Part shown: positions 29,479 through 38,920 of the stretch, in pieces
Numbering within the stretch: the first letter of the stretch is position 1
How the letters are laid out: each line of letters begins with the position of its first letter
Source: an uncultured virus (IMG/VR IMGVR_UViG_3300014204_000136)
Lineage: Duplodnaviria; Heunggongvirae; Uroviricota; Caudoviricetes
Virus record (IMG/VR): IMGVR_UViG_3300014204_000136
Strand: one strand, 5' to 3'
Length of the DNA: 64,000 nucleotides
Made by a program: the position numbers and the translations under genes
Notes under the pieces: model-generated
The model's input: only the letters and a program-made list of their open reading frames with translations
The model's database searches: none
What the model was told of the DNA's origin: nothing

Positions 29479-30910
29479 AAGATTCTTCCTGTTTGAGATA
29501 ATGAATTCATTCTCAGACAAAGAATTAAAGTTGGTAAATCGTTATATAGGGTATTATAATTCGGTAAAACAGCAAGATGTTATATTGCTGATAAATAATA
29601 CAACTACGTTTCTCTATTCGCTAATTGCATGTCTTAATGTAAAGCGAAACATCTACATCATTAATCCAAATGAATCAAGAGACTATATCTGGGGTATCAT
29701 AACTAAGCATTTAAAGGATAAAGTTGTAATAACTGATTCCCCTTCATGGTATAAAGACATTATTCAATCTGAATTTTGTCCAATCAAAATGATTACATTA
29801 TCACCTGATGCAGATCCTTACGAATGTTTATCACTTGAAAATATAGCGATAGTACATACATTCGATCCAAATAGTAAACCATTCATCTTCAATACATTAT
29901 CATTAGATGATATCTATTTTGGGATAAAAGATTCTTTTGCAAAACACAAGATTTTTGTTGATAAAGATTTTTGGGTTTGGACTAAGAATCCGCATGATTA
30001 TTTTATGTATTATTTTGTATTAAAAGAACTAAGATCAGATAGGGAGATAGATATGAAACCTTCTCTTCCAGCAACAGATAAAAGTACGATATTCTTGGAA
30101 TATCAACTACTATTAAATATCTGGGATAGTATAATGTCCGATTTTCTACAAAATAAATTGTTCTTTAAGTGGATCTTTAAGAAGTATATTGGAGAAATAA
30201 TACTCAAAATTTTGAGATGGAAATTAAAAAGACATTTCAAAAGATACTCACACATTGTGATTTTGGGTATAGTAAAAGACACTTTATTAGCAGAAATGCT
30301 TATGAAATGGAAAGACAAGAAAGTGTTTAATATTTACGGTGAATCAAATAATCTGATGTTTTTAAATATATCAGACAAACCTGGCACTGTAGATCTCACT
30401 TCCATTGATGATTATTTATTTAATCTTCATGATAAAATACAAACAGAAAAAGGAACAGTAGGAAGATTAGCTTCAAGAGATTGGAATAATCCTTTAAGTA
30501 CTGTAATTTCTTCAATTTATTTCTTGTTGGAATCGAACAAAGAAAGGTATGCTACCTATTATGGATATAAGTTTAAAAACTTACCAATTTTTCCACATAA
30601 GGTAGAATCTCTAATGGATATTATTCCATTCATCAAAACAAGTTTATTTGTTCAATATATGAACAGAAATATCTTGTTATATGATCCTGATATGGATATG
30701 TTAGACAGATCCAATTATACTTTAAAACAATTGGAAGGATGTGCGGAATATGAAGGTATTTTACCTAAATATATCAAACATTTAAATTCCAAGATTCTGT
30801 CTAAGAATGAACAAATTACTGAGTTCAGGAATATTCCTAAACTTATTAATAAATACAATAGATTTGGTGAATTGAACAAACAAGCAGCCTACGCTGTAGA
30901 ATTACTTTAA
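29459..30910 (+). CDS. highly diverged adenylate-forming (ANL / acyl-CoA synthetase-like) protein, probably inactive
   Basis: ILLINNT...LIACL...IINPNES (N-domain), NIYGESN (YGxTE), PIFPHKVESLMDIIPFIKTSL (NIYPEEIE); P-loop position reads HTFDPNSKP. Confidence 0.45.
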   Translation: MTKEQNKRFFLFEIMNSFSDKELKLVNRYIGYYNSVKQQDVILLINNTTTFLYSLIACLNVKRNIYIINPNESRDYIWGIITKHLKDKVVITDSPSWYKDIIQSEFCPIKMITLSPDADPYECLSLENIAIVHTFDPNSKPFIFNTLSLDDIYFGIKDSFAKHKIFVDKDFWVWTKNPHDYFMYYFVLKELRSDREIDMKPSLPATDKSTIFLEYQLLLNIWDSIMSDFLQNKLFFKWIFKKYIGEIILKILRWKLKRHFKRYSHIVILGIVKDTLLAEMLMKWKDKKVFNIYGESNNLMFLNISDKPGTVDLTSIDDYLFNLHDKIQTEKGTVGRLASRDWNNPLSTVISSIYFLLESNKERYATYYGYKFKNLPIFPHKVESLMDIIPFIKTSLFVQYMNRNILLYDPDMDMLDRSNYTLKQLEGCAEYEGILPKYIKHLNSKILSKNEQITEFRNIPKLINKYNRFGELNKQAAYAVELL

Positions 30911-30920
30911 CCACCAAAAA

Positions 30921-32530
30921 TATATAGCCGAAGACGATTAAGAATTCCGTCAATATCAACACTGTTGGGTAGGTCCTCTCATAGCGACGACTGATGATCC
31001 ATAATTTGTTTTTACACGGGGTACTCTATCGAAAAATTGTACAATCACGAAAAGTCTGATACTGGAATAGCTTTTTAAATGTCAAACTTATTACGATGTT
31101 CGAAATAGCTGGGAACTGCTATTAAACCTTTAGGTTAGATTCTAAGGAACTAGTTCGTTTTTGAACTTTGGAACGAAATCTCGGTCGTAATAAAGTGTAT
31201 TTATACACAACATACTAAGTATTCTTCTGGGTTACAAACCGCAAATTTGTATTGAGGATTCTTTATGATAAAAGAACAAGATCATGTATCAGTACAATAA
31301 AAGTAAATAGTAATTCTTAATTAATACCAAACTGATACTTGCAATAAATGGGAGATATATACTATTGCACTGAGTATATGTCTTTGCTGTGATGTCCCTA
31401 AAAATAAAATAGTCTTCAAGATTGCAAGAGGAGAATTGTTATCTATCAAATAATGGAAAATAAAGACTTTATCAACCCAGATCAAACTCGATATCCTACC
31501 TAGATCACAAGGGAAATTATGATGATAAAGACAGTTATTTGTATAGTTAACTAAATTATGCCAGAAATGAGAGCAAAGACAATGGTTGGGCTATATAGAT
31601 TGCGAATGCCCCACGTAAGTGTAAAGGAAACGAAATCATAATCAAATGTCGTAACGCATCGTGCTTGCGCCCTGTCACGTTAAAATGAGGGAATCTACTA
31701 CCAGACGATAGAATCTGGGTTGAGAGAAATCTTGGGAATTTAAACTGAGAGAAAAGAATCAGTCAACTGCAAAACTGATGTAGAAAAAGTTATCTAACTG
31801 TTAATAGGTATGTGCGGTAAGTTGGTTGCTGTAATGGCTTGAAGGGTTCGAATCCCACCTCCAAAAGAGAGTATCCAAGAACGTAATTACTAATAGTGTT
31901 CTACTGAAATACAACAGATAGTTTTGAACTGTACAGAAACTGTTGAAAATAAGTATATGAAGGTTTAGTAATGATACTAGATGTGCGCAAATCGTCTAGG
32001 GTAAAAGGAGACCAATGTTAGTGTGTTAAGCTCCATGCTAATCCTCTGCCAAAAGCTGAATGTAACTGTATTTATGAATTCGATTATTGGATTCTCTATT
32101 TAACCACAATGAAGAGTATTTAATATTCCAAACTGCACAGATAAATGATCTTATGGGGAAGCTCAGACGTATAAAAGCGGATCATTTACAGTAAGTGGTA
32201 CTAAAATAGTCGAAAAGCTGGCTTGAGTCGAGATAGTATACTCAAGATGGTCATATGATGGAATGAATTATTATTTTATTAAGAGAGAGTGCGAAAGTTC
32301 GCTAGTCGAGCTACATTTCTCGTACTAGTGGCGCTAGTGTTAACCTGTAGAAATCTATATATACAAAATATGTAGGTAAAGTAGGATCATTAAGCATCCG
32401 TCTAGTCAAGTAGCTACCAAGATGAAATATGGACAGCATCCGTGTAACGTAATAACTAATGAAATCGACCATTAAACAACGCTGAATGCGTTAAATAATT
32501 TTAAATTATGTTCATAGAATAATGAACACA
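30921..32530 (+). ncRNA. candidate giant structured ncRNA (one ~1.6-kb RNA or two tandem RNAs)
   Basis: no ORF of 60 aa or more in 1.7 kb; TATATAGCC(30921)/GGCTATATA(31589) closing helix, many internal helices, tRNA-like T-arm GGG-TTCGAAT-CCC at 31843-31855. Confidence 0.65.
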
Positions 32531-32636
32531 TTTCTACGCTGTAACAATACATGCTAGTTATTAACAGATCATATCAAAGTTATTAACAAAATTCAAGGTA
32601 TGAATTATTATAGTAGTAGGGATAGATAACAACCGA

Positions 32637-33209
32637 ATGAGTAGTGTATATTATTTATTCAAAAAGCGTAAGAAGGAAAGACGAGGTTCAACTATCGAAG
32701 TGAATGATAACGCAATTCCTGATTATTTATCTCTCTACTTTTTTATTAACAACTTAATCCAATATCACATGGAAGGCTATGAATTTAAACTAATACAAAG
32801 TTATGCGCCAACAATGGATGGGAGAATAGTTGTTGAAGATTCTAACGTAGGTGGAATAAAAAACACATATCGTATTAGTTTTATAAAATATATCTGTATT
32901 GGTAAATTTACTATCATATTCTCCAGAAAAGTTCTTGGGGTTAAAGGATTTTTAAAACCTTATAAGAAAGTATGGAATAAATATACCAACAGATTAAAAA
33001 AACCGTATTGGGGTAAAAAGAATTCACCCTTTACCAATTTGTGGATAGTATTAACATCAGATTACAAAACGCTGGGAAACAGATTTATAAACTCTGAAAC
33101 AACTACCCAGTCTTTTAAAGTTAAAGTTTTAGGGATCTCATTTAGATCTACAACCTTAGGTAAAAATCTTAATAAATGTTCAAATTTTATCATTAATCAA
33201 AAAAATTAA
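32637..33209 (+). CDS. basic hypothetical protein
   Basis: 190 aa, Lys-rich; start uncertain. Confidence 0.5.
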   Translation: MSSVYYLFKKRKKERRGSTIEVNDNAIPDYLSLYFFINNLIQYHMEGYEFKLIQSYAPTMDGRIVVEDSNVGGIKNTYRISFIKYICIGKFTIIFSRKVLGVKGFLKPYKKVWNKYTNRLKKPYWGKKNSPFTNLWIVLTSDYKTLGNRFINSETTTQSFKVKVLGISFRSTTLGKNLNKCSNFIINQKN

Positions 33210-33213
33210 AATT

Positions 33214-33627
33214 ATGGCACAAAAAACTAGTAAAGTAATCGGACGCAACGCTATGGATCGCATACCTCAAATGATGAGTCAGTTTTGGATGTTGAAACCA
33301 AGCTTCGTAAATACCAAAGCAGAAGAAGTCAATGAAAATGATCCTCATGTTATTGGCATGGTAGTCAATGTAATTACCGATAATGTAAATTCATTGGTAA
33401 GGACTGGTGATGTCGTCCGGGTAAACAATGCCATCGATATTCCTCTCGATGATGAAGAGTGGAGTAACATGGATATTACCAGAAAACCATTCACAGATGC
33501 TGATGCTGCTTATGCAAAATGGGAAGAAATGACCAAACTCGCATTAGCAGAAGCTACAGCAAGACGTGATGCCCTTACAGGTTTAGTTGATTTACTCGAC
33601 CATAACCTCACAGAAAAACTTCGTTAA
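33214..33627 (+). CDS. hypothetical protein
   Basis: 137 aa, followed by a terminator. Confidence 0.65.
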   Translation: MAQKTSKVIGRNAMDRIPQMMSQFWMLKPSFVNTKAEEVNENDPHVIGMVVNVITDNVNSLVRTGDVVRVNNAIDIPLDDEEWSNMDITRKPFTDADAAYAKWEEMTKLALAEATARRDALTGLVDLLDHNLTEKLR

Positions 33628-33636
33628 AGGATTCCA

Positions 33637-33667
33637 GGAGGGGATTAGTATAATCCCTTCCTTTTTT
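33637..33667 (+). terminator. intrinsic terminator
   Basis: GGAGGGGATTA-GTA-TAATCCCTTCC then T6. Confidence 0.7.
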
Positions 33668-33689
33668 CATTACAATCAAAAACTTACAA

Positions 33690-34250
33690 ATGAAAAAGAT
33701 ACTAGTATTTTTAGTAGCACTAGCGCTTGCTACATTATCAATTGGAGCACAATCCACATATGCAGTAGATAATAAACAATCTACACTAACATTAAGATTT
33801 GAGACTCCTCGTTTCCCGGAAAGTGCAAGTGAGAAAGCTGTTGTAGCACTCACAGATGCAACAAAGACTTATTCAGAGAACTTAACTACAATTAGTAACC
33901 AAATAAATACATTACAAAGGGGACTGGATGTGGTTGCCAACAAGGAAGCTGAAACAAAACTGTCATATTATGCCAGCAAATATAACAAGACTTCTGGCGA
34001 TATTCTTAAGGCAGTTAAACGAAACAATCTTATTTTCATACTATCTCTAATTATACCACTATGTTTAATGATAGACAGGTGGTTATGGATATATCGAAAA
34101 AAGAGAGATCTCGTAATAAATGAATTTCTAATGATAAGTTTTGCCCTGATATTAATAGGCGGAGCTACATTTCTGATTCTATACTTCGGAGCAACACATT
34201 GCTTCAATGAAGACTATACATTATTAAAGGATTTGAAGGCTTTCTTATAA
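33690..34250 (+). CDS. membrane protein (signal peptide, coiled coil, two C-terminal TMs)
   Basis: MKKILVFLVALALATLSIGAQ leader; hydrophobic helices near the C-terminus. Confidence 0.65.
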   Translation: MKKILVFLVALALATLSIGAQSTYAVDNKQSTLTLRFETPRFPESASEKAVVALTDATKTYSENLTTISNQINTLQRGLDVVANKEAETKLSYYASKYNKTSGDILKAVKRNNLIFILSLIIPLCLMIDRWLWIYRKKRDLVINEFLMISFALILIGGATFLILYFGATHCFNEDYTLLKDLKAFL

Positions 34251-34263
34251 AAAATTAAACAAG

Positions 34264-34836
34264 ATGGTTTCATTCGCGCGACTAAATAAAGTCAACAAGA
34301 AAAAGATTCTTATTATGATATCCAATCTTAAGGATACTAAGAGAATGCGATATCATCTTGTATCCAAAGATGGTTTAAGAATAAGGTATGGGAATAATAT
34401 ACTCTCGTACCTATTCAAATCAAAGACAATATTAACATTACTGTTCTTGTCGGAACATTTGGATATAATGATAGACGCCAGACAAGTAGAAGATCTTAAC
34501 GAATTAGTGAGATCATTATACCCAATCTACAACTTGCGAAAACATAAACCATCAATTGATGATCTTCCAAAAGAATCCTTTATTCGAGTATTTCGGAGAA
34601 AAGGTATAAAGGAAGATGTGATACTTGCTAATTTCAGTAATCATTTATTCAAATATTTAGAGAGAAGAGAAACACTACTTTCTAAGTTAATGGAATTATT
34701 TACTCTTGAGAAGAAATATACATTATTTCCAAAGATTACTGAAGGTAGAGTTATCGCACTCATCGTTGATGGCAAATCACTATTGAGAGCACCACCCAAA
34801 ACACGGATATTTCAAGGTCTCTTGAACGCCGCTTAA
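34264..34836 (+). CDS. basic hypothetical protein
   Basis: 190 aa ORF. Confidence 0.5.
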   Translation: MVSFARLNKVNKKKILIMISNLKDTKRMRYHLVSKDGLRIRYGNNILSYLFKSKTILTLLFLSEHLDIMIDARQVEDLNELVRSLYPIYNLRKHKPSIDDLPKESFIRVFRRKGIKEDVILANFSNHLFKYLERRETLLSKLMELFTLEKKYTLFPKITEGRVIALIVDGKSLLRAPPKTRIFQGLLNAA

Positions 34837-34843
34837 GGGTTAC

Positions 34844-34887
34844 AGTATAGGTGGTAGTTAGTAATAATTACCATCTATACTTATTTT
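34844..34887 (+). terminator. intrinsic terminator-like hairpin
   Basis: AGTATAGGTGGTAGTT...AATTACCATCTATACT then TATTTT. Confidence 0.5.
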
Positions 34888-35036
34888 GATTACATTCAAT
34901 GCCAAGAATTATTCAAATTTTCAGAAACATTACATTAAAAGAGACGTATTATACGTTACCTGTTCTTATCAAGGATTTTGGGGTAGTTAGCATATCAACT
35001 AAAGAGATATGCTTAAGTTAAACCAAATCGACTATT

Positions 35037-35714
35037 ATGAAGAAGCTTTTAATAGCTCTTTTAATGGCCTTTTACTCATTGAATTTGTTTGCTCCGGCAC
35101 CAGATAAAGTGTTTACGGCTCATATGAAAGAGTTTGAAAAAGTGGCAAGTATTAGTGATTCGATTGATGTTAACCATATAGGTGTATTAACTATACCCTT
35201 ACAACCTTTTGTAGAAATATCTGCAGATAATCATACACCATTCTCAATATCCAGTAAATATGGATATAGAATGCATCCAGTATTAAGAGTAGTATTACTC
35301 CATACAGGAATAGATGTAGTTGTAAGGAAAAATGAACCAATTTATGCATCTGGAGATGGTGAAGTCGTCAAAGTAGTTTGTTCTAAATTTGGTTATGGTA
35401 ACCATATAGTTCTTAAACACAAGAATGAGTTTAAAACACTTTATGCTCATTTAAATAAAATACTAATCAAAGAAGGAGACTATGTACACGCAGGAGATAT
35501 GATAGGACTAGCAGGTCAAACTGGTCTAGTATGGGGTAAAAACTGTCATATTCATTTTGAATTAATGTATAAGGGTCAAAAAGTTAACCCTTTACCATTC
35601 ATAAATGCAAAGAATTCTAAAGAATTCGGCGAAAATATGTGTGTACTAACAAATGTTAAGAACTATTATTTGGAGCAATTACAAACCAACGAGATTTTCA
35701 GGCAATCTCAATAA
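35037..35714 (+). CDS. M23 family peptidoglycan peptidase
   Basis: YGYRMHP, HTGID, GYGNHIV, TLYAHL and HIHFE motifs; signal peptide. Confidence 0.92.
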   Translation: MKKLLIALLMAFYSLNLFAPAPDKVFTAHMKEFEKVASISDSIDVNHIGVLTIPLQPFVEISADNHTPFSISSKYGYRMHPVLRVVLLHTGIDVVVRKNEPIYASGDGEVVKVVCSKFGYGNHIVLKHKNEFKTLYAHLNKILIKEGDYVHAGDMIGLAGQTGLVWGKNCHIHFELMYKGQKVNPLPFINAKNSKEFGENMCVLTNVKNYYLEQLQTNEIFRQSQ

Positions 35715-35726
35715 ATCAATACTAAC

Positions 35727-36269
35727 ATGACCTTTAAAAATGAGATTAAGAATCTTGGATCACTTTTAAAAAGCAAAGAAGAACTTGAAGATCATATAAA
35801 AATAGAACAAGTTAAGTTATTATCAAAGTTTTATAAACGAGATATGACTGATGCTGAAGTTCTAGAAATTCAAGAGAAAATTGCCACAAAAGACACTCAA
35901 CTTCGTGAAGTTAAGCTGTCTATTCAGTTAGCCAATTCGACAATCATTGATGATGAAGGTAATAGTAATAATTATTACATTTATCAATTATCAATTTTAA
36001 ATCGGAAGCTATCTGTACTACGTGAAATTGTTTACAGAGGTGAACAAATATTTGAATCCGATGACAAGAAAAAAGTCAAAGGTGCCACATATCACCAGAG
36101 TTCCTTAGTTACCAAGAAAACTTATAATGCAAAGAAGAAAGACGTAGAAAGTCAGATCACTGCTGTAGAAGCAGAAAGAGCTGAATTAAATCAGAAGTTA
36201 GCAAAATTTAACAAATCTACCGAAATTTCCGTAAAGATTTACGAAGGCTTTGAGAACTTTATTAAATAA
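35727..36269 (+). CDS. coiled-coil protein, DIP1984/septicolysin-like
   Basis: KLSIQLAN...QLSILNRKLSVLR...AELNQKLAKFNKSTEI pattern. Confidence 0.4.
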   Translation: MTFKNEIKNLGSLLKSKEELEDHIKIEQVKLLSKFYKRDMTDAEVLEIQEKIATKDTQLREVKLSIQLANSTIIDDEGNSNNYYIYQLSILNRKLSVLREIVYRGEQIFESDDKKKVKGATYHQSSLVTKKTYNAKKKDVESQITAVEAERAELNQKLAKFNKSTEISVKIYEGFENFIK

Positions 36270-36361
36270 TTATATAGCAGGGTACGTATTTGATAGACCC
36301 AGTTTAAAAGACTAGAGTGGTTATTTTCAATACGCCCTGCTATTTTTATCTCTATACACAA

Positions 36362-38347
36362 ATGAAGAGTTTTGAATTATCGGATAAATTTGTTAAACAA
36401 TATAAGAATAGAGACCCCAAATTTGGTTTCAATGGTTTAGGTGAGATTACATTCTTCCGCACTTACTCCAGACAAAAGGAAAATGGTGTTAATGAACAAT
36501 GGTATGAGGTTGTTCGCAGAGTAGTAGAAGGTTGTTTCTCTATGCAAAAAGACCACATACAAGAATATAATCTTGGTTGGGATGAATCTAAAGCACAGAA
36601 ACAAGCCCAAATAATGTATGACAAAATCTTTACCATGAAATTTCTACCAAGTGGCAGATCTTTATGGGTAATGGGTACTAGTGCTATATATGAAAGAAAA
36701 TTATATGCTGCTCTAAATGCTTGTACATTTGTATCTACAAAGGATATAGATAAAGAGATGACTAAACCATTTGAGTATCTAATGGATATGTCAATGATTG
36801 GTTGTGGTGTTGGTTTCGATGCAAAAGGTGCTAATAAATTAATGATTCGTAAACCTAAAGGTGAATACAATGTAATCATTCCTGATACACGAGAGGGTTG
36901 GGTTGAATCTATGAAACTTATATTAGAAGCATTCCTTATAGGATCTTCACTACCAATATTTGATTATAGTCTATTAAGAGAAAAAAGTGCTCCTATAAAA
37001 ACTTTTGGCGGTGTATCATCAGGACCAGGTCAATTAATAGTATTACATAAACAACTAATTAAAAAATTTACAAATCGACAAAATACGTTATTTAATGAAA
37101 CTGATATTGTCGATGTGATGAATATGATTGCTTGTTGTGTAATAGCTGGCAATGTAAGACGTACTGCTCAAATAGCCTTAGGTGATCCTACAGAGGAATA
37201 TCTAAAGTTAAAAGATTATGTATGGGATACAGACACAATGTCCTATAAAGGTACCAATGCTAAAAGATCAGAATGGGGATGGACATCTAATAATACAGTA
37301 TATATGAAAATAGGTGATGATTATACTAACTTAGCAAAACAGGTATCCCTCAATGGTGAACCAGGTTTCTTTTGGTTAGAAAATACTCACAACTATGGTA
37401 GGATGAATGAACAATTTGATCATTTAGACTATCGTGTTGAAGGCACCAATCCTTGTGGTGAACAACCATTGGAATCATATGAGATGTGTTGTTTAGTTGA
37501 AACATTTCCTACACGACATGAATCTCTTGAAGAGTTTAAAGACACTCTTAAATATGCATACTTATTTGCTAAAACAGTTACATTAGGTAAAAGTCATTGG
37601 TCAGATACAAATAAGATTCAAATGCGTAATAGACGTATTGGTACATCAATTAGTGGAATTGCCCAGTTCATAGGTGAGAAAGGCTTAAACACGCTAAAAA
37701 CATGGTTAGAGGAAGGATATGCTACTATTAAGAAGTACGACAATGTATATTCTGAATGGTTATGTGTACCTAAGTCTGTAAGGGTAACTTCTATTAAACC
37801 ATCTGGTACAGTTAGTTTATTAGCTGGTGTAACACCAGGTGTACATTTTCCAGAAAGTAATTTCTATATTAGGAGAATAAGATTCTCTGCTAATTCTACA
37901 TTATTGACATCTATAAAGGATGCTGGTTATAAAGTTGTAAAAGATGTAAATGATCCAGATAATACTGTAGTGGTAGAAATACCAGTAGAAGTTAAGAATT
38001 GTAAAACAATTGATGATGTAACATTATGGGAACAATTAGCAATAACAGCATTCCTACAAAAATATTGGGCAGATAACCAAGTATCATCTACAATAACATT
38101 TAAAGCTTGGGAAAAAGATCAGATTAAAACTGCTTTAGATTTTTATCAATACCAGTTAAAACTTATTAGTTTTCTTCCAAAAACAGATAGCAAAATATAT
38201 CCACAAATGCCATATGAAAAAATTACCAAAAAGGAATATGAAGAAACTTTAAGTAAGATTAAACCTAATAGGTTGATCTTTAACAATATAACTGATAAAG
38301 CAGAACCAGAACTATACTGCTCAAACGACAGTTGTGTACTAAAATAA
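36362..38347 (+). CDS. nrdJ: class II (adenosylcobalamin-dependent) ribonucleotide reductase, monomeric type
   Basis: FFRTYSR, PSGRSLW, GNVRRTA, TNPCGEQ, SIKPSGTVSLL, DNQVS, C-terminal CSNDSC; likely start ATG 36362. Confidence 0.93.
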   Translation: MKSFELSDKFVKQYKNRDPKFGFNGLGEITFFRTYSRQKENGVNEQWYEVVRRVVEGCFSMQKDHIQEYNLGWDESKAQKQAQIMYDKIFTMKFLPSGRSLWVMGTSAIYERKLYAALNACTFVSTKDIDKEMTKPFEYLMDMSMIGCGVGFDAKGANKLMIRKPKGEYNVIIPDTREGWVESMKLILEAFLIGSSLPIFDYSLLREKSAPIKTFGGVSSGPGQLIVLHKQLIKKFTNRQNTLFNETDIVDVMNMIACCVIAGNVRRTAQIALGDPTEEYLKLKDYVWDTDTMSYKGTNAKRSEWGWTSNNTVYMKIGDDYTNLAKQVSLNGEPGFFWLENTHNYGRMNEQFDHLDYRVEGTNPCGEQPLESYEMCCLVETFPTRHESLEEFKDTLKYAYLFAKTVTLGKSHWSDTNKIQMRNRRIGTSISGIAQFIGEKGLNTLKTWLEEGYATIKKYDNVYSEWLCVPKSVRVTSIKPSGTVSLLAGVTPGVHFPESNFYIRRIRFSANSTLLTSIKDAGYKVVKDVNDPDNTVVVEIPVEVKNCKTIDDVTLWEQLAITAFLQKYWADNQVSSTITFKAWEKDQIKTALDFYQYQLKLISFLPKTDSKIYPQMPYEKITKKEYEETLSKIKPNRLIFNNITDKAEPELYCSNDSCVLK

Positions 38348-38353
38348 TAACAA

Positions 38354-38914
38354 ATGAAAATTAAAGAAATAATAAATAGTATTAAAGGTGTATTTAAATT
38401 ACCTGTAAAGAAATATTATTTCGGTAAAATAAAACACGGTTGCCCCTATTTTTATCCAACAAACTTCAGTTCTTCCATAATAAAAATTAGGAAAGTAACA
38501 AAAAAGACTGAAGAAGAAATCAGTAAACTAACTAAATGGCAAAAAGAACAAAGATCTAATATTTATAACTTACCAATGGTTTTAAGATCTAAATATTGGG
38601 TATTAAAACTATTTAATAGTTATTATTGGATTGAATTAGGATTTCCTATCAGTTTCAGAACTGTTGAGTTAGGTTGGAAAGATAAATGGAATAGTCCAAG
38701 ATTTGAGTGGTCACCATCATTTCAAATATATTTCTTTAAATGGCAATTTTGTGTGTGGTGGACTGCTCCTTGTAAAGATGAGGATAACTATTGGGAAATG
38801 ATATTATGGTATCTAAATTATGCCGATAAAGATATAACCAAAGCCGAAAAAACTTGGGGATGGCAAAATTATAATACCAAAGAATCTACTTGGAATAAAG
38901 AATGTTTAATATAA
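38354..38914 (+). CDS. Trp-rich conserved phage protein
   Basis: LGWKDKWNSPRFEWSP...YWEMILWY. Confidence 0.6.
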   Translation: MKIKEIINSIKGVFKLPVKKYYFGKIKHGCPYFYPTNFSSSIIKIRKVTKKTEEEISKLTKWQKEQRSNIYNLPMVLRSKYWVLKLFNSYYWIELGFPISFRTVELGWKDKWNSPRFEWSPSFQIYFFKWQFCVWWTAPCKDEDNYWEMILWYLNYADKDITKAEKTWGWQNYNTKESTWNKECLI

Positions 38915-38920
38915 AATAAT

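Noticed and set aside
30991..31055. Hammerhead ribozyme (CTGATGA...GAAA)
   Set aside because: Stem II and the cleavage-site helices cannot be formed; these bases instead pair GACT..TGAT with ATCA..AGTC
31806..31862. Stand-alone tRNA
   Set aside because: Only a short T-arm is present, with no proper D-arm or 7-bp acceptor; treated as part of the large RNA
36274..36343. Cobalamin riboswitch upstream of nrdJ
   Set aside because: Too short and lacks the B12-box and GCCACUG elements
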